NCBI RefSeq assembly: GCF_006345805.1
Contig: NC_043012.1
Coordinates: forward strand, 1,798,001-1,862,000
Direction: 5' to 3'
DNA: 64,000 bases
DNA from: Octopus sinensis
Lineage: Eukaryota
The translations under genes were made by a program, and so were the position numbers. A model generated the notes under the pieces. It did not search any database. It was not told where the DNA came from and saw only the letters and a program-made list of their open reading frames with translations. This document shows, one piece after another, positions 12,825-24,600 of the stretch; the first letter of the stretch is position 1, and every line of letters begins with the position of its first letter.

Positions 12825-13142
12825 ATCACCTGTGAACTAAGTCCCCATACTTTGGAGATATATGTATAAAATGTGAGAAACAGAAAGTGTAATTTATGAG
12901 ATTCTTCATTAATCACAAATGTTTGTTTCGATCCATTTTGCATCAGTACCTTGCAGATGAGGTACTATATAACTAGTTCTGGAGCATCCTTCAGTACAGG
13001 TGTGTCTCGTTAGGTGACTTTTCAAAAGGTTTTGTTTTGTTTGTTCCTTCTCGAGTCATGCCTGGCTCATAGTGCTGGTTTCCTGGGTCCTTGGCATATA
13101 GGTTCCCCACCTGGATGGGACGTCGGTCCATTGCAGGTGAGC

Positions 13143-13338
13143 TGCAAGATGCAGGAGGAAAGAGTGAGAGAAAGTTGTGGCGAAAGAGTCAGCAGAAGTT
13201 TGCCATTACCTTCTGCCAGAGCCGCGTGGAGCTTAGGTGTTTCGCCCTTAAACACACACATCACCCGGTCTGAGATTCAAACCCATGATACCTCAACCGT
13301 GAGTCCGCTGCTCTAACCACTAGGCCATGTACCTCCAC
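13143..13338 (-). mobile_element. Family D tRNA-derived SINE head
   Basis: Reverse-complement similarity to 58674-58860. Confidence 0.7.
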
Positions 13339-13451
13339 TTCCAAAAGAAACCTCGTTCAATAAACTTGGTTTTATTTGGTTTTCTAATACAGTCCATTGT
13401 TATTTACCTGTAGGAGGTTACCTGCAGGCTTCATGGTTTCGAATGGTGTGC

Positions 13452-13765
13452 GCAGATTAGTGGTTAGGGCATTCAGCTCATGATAGTAAGGTCGTGAGTT
13501 CCATTCCCAGCAACATATTGCGTCCTTGTGCAACAAACTTTATTTCACATTGCTCCAGTTCACTCAGCTAGCAAAGATGAGTTGTACCTGTATTTCAAAA
13601 GGGCCAGCCTTGGCACACTCTGTGTCATATTGAGTCTCCCTGAGAACTATGTTAAAGGTACACATGTCTGTGGAGTACTCAGCCACTTACACATAAATTT
13701 CCCGAGCTGGCTGTTCTGTTGATCGGATCAACTGGAACCCTTGTCATCATAACCAATGGAGTGGC
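13452..13765 (+). mobile_element. Family D-like tRNA-derived SINE (uninterrupted; shows the empty site for the insertion at 61498)
   Basis: tagtggttaggg A-box and gagttccattcc B-box-like motif; body gagaactatgttaaaggtacacatgtctgtggagt. Confidence 0.75.
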
Positions 13766-13870
13766 ATATATATATATATGTATATTTATATATACACACA
13801 CACATATAAACACACATACACATTCAAATCATGTAACAGAAGCAGCTCTATTATGAAACTATTACCAATT

Positions 13871-14266
13871 GGCATAGGAGTGGCTGTGTGGTAAGTAGCT
13901 TGCTTACCAACTACATGGATCTGGGTTCAGTCCACTGCGTGGCACATTGGGCAAGTGTCTTCTACTATAGCCTCAGGCCAACCAAAGCCTTGTGAGTAGA
14001 TTTGGTAGACGGAAACTGAAAGAAGCCCGTCGTATATATATATGTGTGTATGTGTGTGTACATGTTTGTGTGTCTGTGTTTGTCCACCCAACATCGCTTG
14101 ACAACCGATGCTGGTGTGCTTATGTCCCCGTAACTTAGTGGTTCGGCAAAAGAGTTCGATAGAATAAGTACAAGGCTTACAAAGAATAAGTCCTGGGGTC
14201 GATTTGCTCAACTTAAGGCGGTGCTCCAGCATGGCCACAGTCAAATGACTGAAATGAGTAAAAGAG
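13871..14266 (+). mobile_element. Family A SINE, near full length
   Basis: A/B-box-like head, central (TA/TG)n and aaaagag tail. Confidence 0.9.
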
Positions 14267-15304
14267 TAATACTACATATTTAATGTGTGTGTTGTTTAAA
14301 CACCAAACATACATTTTTACATCTGGGGAGAATCCCTTTGAAGGCATATAGTGCTAAAAACCTTGATATACTTCATAGCTAGGCAAAACATTATATATAT
14401 ACATATATATAGTTGAAATTTATAGAAAAAATACAAAGACAGGCGTGTGAAAAAGAAGTAAATGTATTAGTTTGATGCTTGGGAAAAATGAAAAAGTCTT
14501 TTACATTTTGAGCCTATGCTTTTCAACAGAAAGAAATAAGAGAAAATAAATACAGAAAGAATGAAAAAAATGTGTAGAGTTCAGCAGTCCAGCATGGCAG
14601 ATGATTGGAAAATAAGAGGTTGAAAGAAAGGGAGGTAATAATAATAAAAAAGGAGTAGAATGAAAGGAAGATAATAATAGTACTAGTGATCCCAACAAGA
14701 GAAGGTACGCGTGCATGTGTATGTGTAAGTGTGTATGTATGAATAGGGGTGAGTGATTCTGACCTGTGTGAGTGTGTGTATGTGTGTGTGCACACGTGGC
14801 ATATAGTATATAGTTATATATTATTAGTTAAGTCCAATCAAGTTTGTTTTGTTTTGGAGAGAAAAGATTATAAAAACTTTCACTTTTATATTAATAATTA
14901 TAGAAGACTGGTGGGAATATTATCTGTGTGGACTTCAAGGGCTTGGTCACTATTTAGTTATATAATTTAGAAGTTAGTTATAAGTTTACTTATTGAATTT
15001 ATTTATTTACCAATACTGTTGTACATAGGGTAAATGTGTTTCTTTGTTATAGTTTAATTAATGATGTTAGTGATTAATCCTTCCTAGAATTAAGATTGAA
15101 TGAATGTGGTGATATCTAAGGTTTGTTTGTTCCCAAACAGCACTTATTTTAGTGCTGTTAACAACTGCCGGACTGAATGGCACTGCCCAGGTGTTGAAAC
15201 CATAATGATATCCGTAGGGCAGCTGATGATGGAGGTATGTTGGATTGTTGGTATGGCTGTTATTGTATGTGTGGAATAGTTTTATAACACATCCATTTGA
15301 TATA

Positions 15305-15525
15305 AATGAGGGGTTGCTGAAAAGTTCCTGGTTTTGGGTAAAAGAAAATACAGGAGGATCAGTTAATTGTGATTCTATTCAACATATTCCCCTCTCAAAT
15401 CCACACACTTATTGCAGTGGTATTTCAGTTTTTCTGAGCCCTATAAAAGAACTTGGAAGGTTGGACTTCCAACCAGACCTTTCACAATGCCCTTGAAGTC
15501 AGGAAATTTTCAGCGCCCCCTCATA
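15305..15525. mobile_element. Mariner-type MITE (~220 bp)
   Basis: TIRs atgaggggttgctgaaaagttcctg / caggaaattttcagcgccccctcat in a TA context. A second, inverted copy lies at 17988-18207. Confidence 0.8.
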
Positions 15526-15540
15526 TATCATGATCATGAT

Positions 15541-15588
<48 letters not shown>

Positions 15589-15695
15589 TGCCTGTGTGTG
15601 TATTCATACTATGCAGGTTTCCAATCATCTGTATTAAATGGACTGGCCATTTAATACAGATGGGGAAGGGTAAGCACATCCTTAAGCAAGTTTCT

Positions 15696-15913
15696 TTAAC
15701 CCTTTAGCATTCCAACTACTCCACTAAATGTAATACTTATTTATTCACATTGTTTTGAATTTATCCTGCATTTTCTTGTAGCCTTGAAATTTTGATGATG
15801 TGATTGTTTATTTTTAGAGTAACATTGGAGGTTAGGTGTGAAAGGCTGGATCTGACCTGCTTCTATATAAAACAGGTAGAATATTTTGGCTGGTTTAAAG
15901 GTTAAAAGGTTAA
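15696..15913. mobile_element. piggyBac-type MITE
   Basis: Starts TTAA-CCCTTTAGC and ends in a degenerate ...aaaggTTAA. Confidence 0.55.
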
Positions 15914-16069
15914 AGCGAGCTATCTGCTGCAAAGCAAAGAGAGCACAAAGCAACAAAAAAAAATAAGAAAGAAAGAAAAAACAGATAAAAACAAAATAAA
16001 GGCTTGCAGAAAATCAGGTTTTGGGAGTTGAATATACTATATAAAGATGTTGAATTTGTTACTCTTGAT

Positions 16070-16500
16070 TTTTTATTCTGGTGAACCTCCCATAGCCATT
16101 TGATGTTTAAAAACTAGTTTTATAGAAACTTCTTTCAAAATTCCTATTTTGTTTTTTCACACATTCCCTTGTGTAGGTTGAACTATGTGAAATGTTAGAG
16201 AAAGAAACCCAGCTGTTTCTTGCAAAACATACCAATACACACATCTAAAGCAGAGGCTCTCAACCATTTTTTCTTTTATCTATGGACCCCTTTGAGTACT
16301 ATTTTATTTTGGTGAACCTCCCATAGCCATTTGATGGCTATGGGGGTTTCAAAATTCCTATTTTGTTTATTACATATTAACTTGTGTAGGTTGAAATATG
16401 AAAAATGTTAGAAAAAGAAACTTAGCCGTTTCTTGCAATACATACCGATACATAGATCTAAAGCAAAATTTTATCAGGGACCCTTAAAAAACTACAGGAG
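16070..16500. repeat. ~235-bp imperfect tandem duplication, possibly a hAT-type MITE
   Basis: ggtgaacctcccatagccatttgatg...ctaaagca occurs twice; cagaggctctcaacc resembles a hAT end. Confidence 0.5.
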
Positions 16501-17197
16501 ATCCCCACTTTACTATTTTGCTAACATGAACTTCCTTTGATTACCTGGGGTAGATTTGTTCGACTAAAGGTGGTGCTCCAGCATGGCCACTGTCAAATAA
16601 CTAAAACAGTTAAAAGAGTAAAAGAAAATACAGTACTGTTTCTACTTCGTAGATTTTCACCTATTGTGGTGGCAGAGTGGAACGTAACACCCACAATAGT
16701 CGAGGATTTACTGTAGACATGTTTGTCACTGATGTGACCATTGGCTGAGTAAGTTCAGAAAAAACACAATCTACAAAATTAAAGAAGAATAAAAAAAAAA
16801 TGCACAATAAAAAAGCCCTGTAGAAGAAAATAAAAATAGAGTTGCCATTCAGTCGGTGTGATGACTGAGTAACTAGAATATTGAATAGAAACGTAAGAGG
16901 TACAAAAGAGGTAAGTTGGCGTGTTCTCCTGAATATGAAACACTTTCTATGCATAAATGGGAGAAACACTTTCTATGCATAAATGGGAGAATCACTGAGC
17001 AGAAAAGAGCTGAGGAGATCAAAAAATTGCCAGAATGCAAAATAATAAATATGCTGACATACATACAAATACATATACATGTATAAATATGTATACATGT
17101 ATGTATGTCATCATTCAATTTAATTCAGGATTTCTTACCTGTAGAGAAAGAATCAGTTTCTAACCTAGATCCAAGGCTCCTTCACTGGAATTTCAAT

Positions 17198-17375
17198 GCA
17201 GGAGTGGCTGTGTGGTACGTAGCTTGCTTACCAACCACATGGTTCTGGGATCAGTCCCACTGCGTGGCACCTTAGGCAAGTGTCTTCTACTATAACCTTG
17301 GGCCAACCAAAGCCTTGTGAGTGGATTTGGTAGATGGAAACTGAAAGAAGCCCATCATATATATGTATATGTATG

Positions 17376-17423
<48 letters not shown>

Positions 17424-17626
17424 TGTGTGTCTGTGTTTGTCCGCCCAACATAGCTTGACAACCGATGGTGGTGTGTTTACATCCCTGTAACTTAGCAGTT
17501 CGGATAGAACAAGTACTAAGCTTACAAAAAAAAATCCTGAGGTCGATTTGCTCAACTAAAGGCAGTGCTCCAGCATGGCCGTAGTCAAATGACTGAAACA
17601 AGTAAAAGAATAAAAAAATAAAAGAA
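17198..17626 (+). mobile_element. Family A SINE (a further 3' half follows to ~17850)
   Basis: Similarity to 61688-62103. Confidence 0.9.
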
Positions 17627-17987
17627 TATATATATATATTTGTGTGTGTGTATGTGTGTATCTGTGTTTGTTCCCAACCATCACTTGACAACTGGTGTTG
17701 GTGTGTTTATGTCCCTGTAACTTAGCAGTTTGACAAAAGAGACCGATAGAATTAGTACCTGTACTGGAGTTGATTCATTTGACTTAAAGTTCAAGGTGGT
17801 GGTGCCCCAGCATGGCCACAGTCTAATGACTGAAACAAGTAAAAGCGATAGAAGAGACAGATTATATAAATTGATATGTAACAATATACAAGATAATGTA
17901 ACATTATGCAAATTTGGGCTTTTATAAAGCATCCTTTCATTGAATGTGTTTTTTGGGGATATGTCACCAAAAATTTAGTGATTTATA

Positions 17988-18207
17988 TATGAGGGTGTGC
18001 TGAAAAGTTCCTGGTTTTAAGGGCATCATGAAAGGCCTTGTTGGAGACCAAACTTCCAAGTTCTTTTATAGGGCTTAGCAAAACAGGACTGCTGCAACAA
18101 GTGTGTGAATCTAAGAGGGGAATATGTTGAATAAAATCATAATTAACTGAACCCCCTGTGTTTTCTTTTACCCAAACCCAGGAACTTTTCAGCACCCACT
18201 CCCTCGT
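17988..18207. mobile_element. Mariner-type MITE, second copy
   Basis: tatgagggtgtgctgaaaagttcctgg...ccaggaacttttcagcaccc. Confidence 0.8.
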
Positions 18208-18557
18208 GTGGACTGTTGGCGATTTTTTGCCTCCTTCTTCCTTTTCTTTTGGACTTTCCTATGTCTCCTGTTTCCGAAGAAGATCTTTGCATGAAACATA
18301 AAACAACCGCTCTTTCTTTCTTTCTCTGAACATCTTATCAATACTTTGCATGTATCATGTCCTTGCATTGTTTTTTTATTGTCTTTTTTCTTCTGTCATA
18401 TCTACATACATGTACAAACATATATATATATATATATATATATTACGGAGATGTACTTGCATAGCAAGTGATTTGATCTGAGATCGTGTGCTGAAACGAA
18501 AACGGCTTTTGTGTATTTCTTAAATGGCTTACAAACACCTTCCACGCTGCAATTGTT

Positions 18558-18612
<55 letters not shown>

Positions 18613-18620
<8 letters not shown>

Positions 18621-19500
18621 CATATATTCTATTTTATTAACATATATACGATAAACGCACGCCCCTCTAAGTAAGATGTTTGTTTATCAAGTTAACCTTG
18701 ATATTAACTCTCACGCGACTCTGCATTTTCTTTCTTTCTCTCCCATTCCCTTTTTCGTCTTTTTTTTCCCTCACTTATTGTCTCTTCCTCTCTCTCTCAT
18801 TCTTCATTCTTCCTCCCTTTCACCATTCTTCATGTCTCCTCGCACCATCCCCTTCTTCTCTCTCTTCCTCCTCTCCCCCATTCCGACATCCATCTGCGAC
18901 GACACTTCCGTCGTAACTGCTTCCTGTCCTTTCTCGCCCGCCTTGCAAGGCTTCTGGTTGACAAAATTTCCCTCTCTGTCTTCCACTATAATCCAGCGTT
19001 TACAATACCTTTTCGTCTGGCGTTAACAGCCTTCTTATCTTGTTCTCCTTGTCTTGTCTCTCACTGTTATATATTTATTTTTCCACTGTTTTTATATATA
19101 TTTTTTACTGTTTATATGTTTGTACTGTCGTTACCGTCTTGCTTTTTTTTTTTTTTTTTTTTTTCCACCCCTCTGCGAAAAGATCTCAGAATTTTATTGA
19201 TTTCTTTTCGCGGGAGGAATTTTTCTTCGAAGTATACGTCTCGCTTTTATCCTTCGAAACGTTTAGTAGATGAAATCTTAGCGACTGAAGAAGGGGATTT
19301 TTCGTTGTGCTTATTGTCCTGTATCTCTCCTTTTTTTGCTGTCTTGTTCCTTGGTTTGTGTCTATGTGTTGTCGTCTCTCTATGTGTTCGACGTCTTTTT
19401 GGGTGTCCTGTACACCATATGCCGTGTATATGTACATGTAGAGGTAGGTACGTACATATATGTTTATATATGCATATATTCTATTTTATTAACATATATA
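18613..19500. mobile_element. CpG-rich non-coding insertion flanked by 36-bp direct repeats
   Basis: tatatatgcatatattctattttattaacatatata occurs at 18613-18648 and 19465-19500. The interior resembles 60340-60900. Confidence 0.55.
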
Positions 19501-19575
19501 TAATATATATTGATTAAAACGGTAAGATAACAAAAGAAAGAAAGAAACCTTGATATTATGTAAACAGAGGAATTT

Positions 19576-19903
19576 ATCTGTAAATGTAATATGTGACAAT
19601 TATTCGGTAGCCATGATAAAACTCCGAGTTTCGGATGCCGAGGTGGAAATCCATGCCACCATCTCTTCAGTTATCCAGCTTGGAAGACTTCGAAGCGGAC
19701 CTACCGAAGCTTATGAACAAAATAAAATTTCCTAAGTCTTTTAACACTTTCCAACAGAAACTGAAAGAAGATATAAATTACAAGGTTTTTTTTCCGATGG
19801 CCGGATAACTGAAGAGATGGCGGCGTGGATTTCCACCTTGGCATCCGAAACTCAGAATTTTATCATAGCTACCGAATAATTGTCACATATTACATTTACA
19901 GAT
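19576..19903. mobile_element. Fold-back element with 101-bp arms, each carrying a hammerhead motif
   Basis: 19576-19676 is the reverse complement of 19803-19903 with few mismatches. Confidence 0.8.
19615..19675 (-). ncRNA. Minimal type I hammerhead ribozyme motif
   Basis: GAUAA-CUGAAGA-GAUG...CAUC-C-GAAAC-UCGGA-GUU-UUAUC. Confidence 0.7.
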
Positions 19904-20132
19904 GTGTGTGTGTGGTGTGTGTGTGTGTGTGTGTGTGTGTGTGCATGTGTGTGTGTGTGTGCGTGTGTGTGTGTGTGTGTGTGGTTCCTAGTATTGCCAG
20001 CTCCTGTAAAACCCTCCAACCAATGCCAGCATGGAAAACAGATGTAAAATGATGATGGTTATGATGATGATGTTGATGATGACAATATATATATTTATAT
20101 GTGAGATGGTGGTGAGGTGTATATTCGTATAA

Positions 20133-20191
<59 letters not shown>

Positions 20192-20625
20192 CACACACAC
20201 ACACATTGTTGTCATCTATTTGTTTTAAACATTTGTTTTCTTTTCTGTATATTACCCATGAAAACACTCAAATATAAACAGTTAATGAGGCTTGTTTGTT
20301 TGTTTATTTTTAGAACATAAATTTCCAGTTCGATGCTTCTCGCGTGTGTGCGTTACCTGTAAGGTGTGTTACCTTTAAGGAGATTCCCAAGACATTGTTG
20401 TACACACAGGTGAGAGGAAAGAGTTTATTCTTTAAAGTTAGTAAAGCATAACTACAATATAGCCCTTGGCTTCATGTATATACCAAAATATTATCCTTTA
20501 TACTCTATTTGCTTCAGTTATTGGACTGCAGCCATACTGGGACATAATGTTGTTGTTTAAATATTTTCTAAAATTTAATTTGATCTGACAGCCTTCATTC
20601 TCACTTAGTTGTTACATGTCTCTCT

Positions 20626-20880
20626 GAGAGCACGGGCTACTAACCCCAAGATTCCGAGTCCGATTCCAGGCAGTGACCTGAATAATAATAACAATAATAA
20701 TAACATCGAAAAATACCTTAGGAATGAGAACCCAAGTTCGAAATTTCCCCCAAGATACCTGATGAAGGCTGGAGGGTATATCAGCCGAAACATTGTGTTA
20801 ACAACAAACAAGATGAGGACAAATATCTGTCAAATGTAAATAATGTACATAATTCCTCATCTTTTAAATATAGAACTGTA
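20626..20880 (+). mobile_element. SINE-like element: tRNA-like 3' half, (AAT)n and a hammerhead-bearing tail
   Basis: B-box-like gagtccgattcc at 20656-20667; hammerhead motif at 20754-20799. Confidence 0.6.
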
Positions 20881-21771
20881 TTTTTGTGAACTTCCATTTT
20901 ATTTATATTTGGAAAATTTTCTTCTACTTTTTTAATCACAAAGTTTTTGATTAGATCCTCACTATGACACCATGAACATTTCAAAATTATATTTCTGATC
21001 ATATAAAACGCGTCAAAGTGATTTTCTTTTGTGCTGTCAACCAATTACCATTTCTGTGATGCTCCACCCCTTCCCTTGATGCTGTAAGCATCTGTTTATT
21101 CAGCTTAATGGTTAATCCAGTGTTGCTTAAGACCTTCCCATGATACAACAAAATATGTTTCATCATACGAGTTCACATCAAGAATCTTGCAAACCAAAAA
21201 CACAAAAACAAAATAATATTTTTGTTTTATTTGGGGTTTTTTTGTTGTTGTTGTTTTTCATATGCTTTCTTCACTCATATTTCGTTTTATCTTTTTGTTT
21301 CTTTTCGATTTTTATCACTATTTTTGACTCTCCTTGTTTGTGTGTTAATCCAGGTGACGAAACATCAAATATTCTCTCTCCCTTCTCCCCTATCCACCAT
21401 CTTGTTTTTACTCCCACCCCTCACATAACACTTTCATACTGTAACATCATCATCACTACCACCACCACCACCATTATCATTGTCATCATCATCATCATCA
21501 CCAGTGTCATTGTCATCATTTTATTTTTTTCGCTCTGTTAATTATAAAAACAGAAATATTTCTTAGACCAACTGAAACTGAAAATTCGTTAATTTTTATT
21601 AAATTTGTTATTAATGATGCTTTTAATAATGTGACTGATATTAGTTGGTGAGTAAATGTACTAAATAGTTTGTAACTATTTATAGTAACTCATTGGTAAG
21701 CAAGTATACATACAAATTGGTGTCAGCTTTTATTTGTACTTCATGAGCTCGCTCTGCTAATGACCACAGCA

Positions 21772-22590
21772 GAGTTACTCTTGAGGTAGTGTCATAACTC
21801 AGTGGAGTGAAGGTTAGCATTGTGGTGATGTTACATTCAATAGAGTGAGGGTTATTATTGCAATAGTGCCACATCTCAATGGAGTGAGGGTTATTGTTGT
21901 GGTAGTGCCACACTTCAGTGGAATGAGGATTACTGTTGAGGTAGTGCCACACCTCAGTGTAGTGAGGGCTCCTGTTAAGGTAGTGTCACACCTCAGTGGA
22001 GTGAGGGTTATTGTTGAGGTAGTGTCACATGTCAATGGAGTGAAGATTCCTGTTGTGGTAGCATCAGACCTCAGTGGAGTGAGGGTTACTGTTGAGGTAG
22101 TGTCACATGTCAACGGAGTGAGGGTTTCTGTTGAGGTAGTGTCACACCTCAATGGAGTGAAGATTCCTGTTGTGGTAGCATCAGACCTCAGTGGAATGAG
22201 GGTTACTATTGAGGTAGTGTCACATGTCAATGGAGTGTGGGTTCCTGTTGAGGTAGTATCACACCTCAATGGAGTGAAGATTCCTGTTGTGGTAGCATCA
22301 GACCTTAGTGGAGTGAGGGTTACTGTTGAGGTAGTGTCATATCTCAATGGAGTGAAGATTCCTGTTGAGGTAGTGTTATACCTCAGTGGGGTGAAGGTTA
22401 CTGCTGAGGTAGAGTCACATTTCAATGGAGTGAGTGTTCATGTTGAGGTAGTGTTACACCTCATTGGAGTGATGGTTAGTATTGGGGTAGGGGCACATGT
22501 CAATGGAGTGAAAATTCCTAATGAAGTAGTGTTACACGTCAGTGGAGTGGTGATGAGTTTTCAAGTGATGTCACACCTAAGTGAAGTGTT
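21772..22590. repeat. 39-bp minisatellite, ~21 copies
   Basis: Unit gaggtagtgtcacacctcartggagtgagggttactgtt; 13-aa periodicity in the overlapping ORFs. Confidence 0.9.
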
Positions 22591-22869
22591 GTCATAGAAT
22601 GATCATGGTGGGAATTGTGCTTAGTGGAGTGGAGTGGTGATAAGTAAGTACAATACCTGTTGCTTCCATTCCTCTATTATGAGACAGAGGTAATCCATTA
22701 ATTCACTAAATTACACTACTTAGGTGTGTTATCACAATTTTTGATACCTATTGTGATGTTTGACTAATTATAGGTGTATTGTGTCACGAAATAAAGGCCC
22801 CAATATACATTAGAGGCAGATATCTTAATTTATTATTATGGTACACCTGCTTGTTAATTGTAAGGTATG

Positions 22870-23385
22870 GTCAGTCACCATCATCATTATCATCATCAAC
22901 ACAATAATCAGCACCACCACTACCAACACCACTACAAACACAACCATTAACATGAATACAGTTACCACTATCATCATCACTATTATCACACCACCACCAC
23001 CACCACAATCACCAATACAAACATTTCCATCATTATGACTACAACTACTACAACCACCCACACAAATACCACTACCACCACTACAACAACAACAACAACA
23101 ACTACCAACGCAAACTCTACTGCCACCATCAATACAACTAATAACACCCGCACCACCGACACCATCACTACACCATCACCACCACCACCACCAACAACAA
23201 CAACAACTACCACCAGATCCACTACTATCATCATTCTCATAATCACCACTACCATCACCACCACCACCACCAACAACAACAACAACTACCACCAGAGCCA
23301 CTACTATCATCATCCTCATCATCACCATTACCATCACCATCACCACCATCACCACAACCATCGACAGCTCCATCACCACCATTGA
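22870..23385. repeat. Mixed (CAC/CAA/CAT/ACT)n trinucleotide tract
   Basis: Direct reading of the sequence. Confidence 0.9.
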
Positions 23386-23465
23386 TTTATTGTATGCAGA
23401 AAGTTCCAAGAACCAAATTTTATTAATTTTAGTTTTATACTCTCTGGTTACACAGTCCTTGTTAC

Positions 23466-23960
23466 TGTGAGCTAGTATCAAAAAGTTCTTGGACTAGTTA
23501 TGTATCATAAAAATAAAATAACTTATTTACCGAAGTTTCAATGCCATCTCCTTTGAAATAGTCGCCTTATGCAGAAATACACTGGTCCCAGCATTCCGTC
23601 CACTTTTGGAATCCGGCCTTGAAGTTGTCTTCTGTAAACGAGTTGAGGACCTTCTGTAATTCATCTTAGATCTTGACAACGGTGTTAAAATGACAACCTT
23701 TAAGCTGCATTTTCTTCTTGGAGAAGAGATGGAAGTGTGCAGCTGCTAAATCTGGCAAATAGGGCAGATGCGGAAGTGACACCATTTTGTTTTTGGTAAG
23801 AAACTTTTGAGTGAGGAGAACTCAGTTCAGAATCCAATTCTTTGCACTTCACAGATCCGGCCACTTTCACCAAATGTGCTCCCTAAACGCTTCAAAACAT
23901 TGCAGTAGAACTCTCAAATGATGGTCTGGCCCTAGGGAACAAATTCTTGATGCATGATAC
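23466..23960 (-). mobile_element. Mariner transposase C-terminal remnant with TIR
   Basis: Reverse complement gives a decayed YSPDLAP.DF.LFPK.K region. The tatcaaaaagttc TIR-like end is at ~23476. Confidence 0.7.
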
Positions 23961-24189
23961 CACATTTCCAAGGATGATGCTCATAGTAGGTACTCCAGAT
24001 CACTCACCTACTTTCAAAGATAGTCTTCTATCATCTGACAACATGAGGCAATCATCATCTACATATGTACACACATATATATGTCTCTTCTACTTTTTAA
24101 TTATTATAAATCTTCCACTGAGGAGGGAGCTGGTTTCCAACAAAGATACAAAGCTCCATCTTTGGTATGTAGTCAACACAGGCAAATTT

Positions 24190-24600
24190 ACATTTGGAAC
24201 TTTAGAGAAGTCCTTCATATTTTTACTGTTTCACTCATAGATTGCACTTTTAATGTACGAATCAGCTGGTCGATTTCTCTTTCTGAAAATCCCAGTTTAT
24301 CCAGATTCTTCTTGAAGCAGTTACTAACAAAACCTAGTGCTCCAATTATTATTGGTATGGAAATGAATCCATAGTCTGGATATAGAAGCTGGAGGTTTCA
24401 AAGCAGTTGTCCATAGATAACCTCTTTTTTGGGGGATTTTCAAAGAGATATTTATATCTGAAGGGCAGCTAACCTTTATGATGGTACATACCTTTGACCC
24501 TCTGTTCCAAACAACAATATCCAGCCTGTTATGTTTACATTTGACAGAAATTTTGATGGGAATATTCAGTATTCTACCAGCAGAAGACAAAACTGTTTTG
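24190..24600 (-). mobile_element. R4/Dong-type non-LTR element, restriction-like endonuclease remnant
   Basis: NIPIKISVKCKHNRLDIVVWNRGSKVCTIIKVSCPSDINISLK resembles the RLE N(R)PD...D..P.D.N motif. Confidence 0.75.

Noticed and set aside
21772-22590. CRISPR-like array (also considered for 37171-37515 and 42744-47135)
   Set aside because: Units are contiguous with no unique spacers, there are no cas genes, and the context is eukaryotic.
22825-23481. Poly-Thr/His/Val ORFs
   Set aside because: Trinucleotide repeat tract with no splice or domain context.
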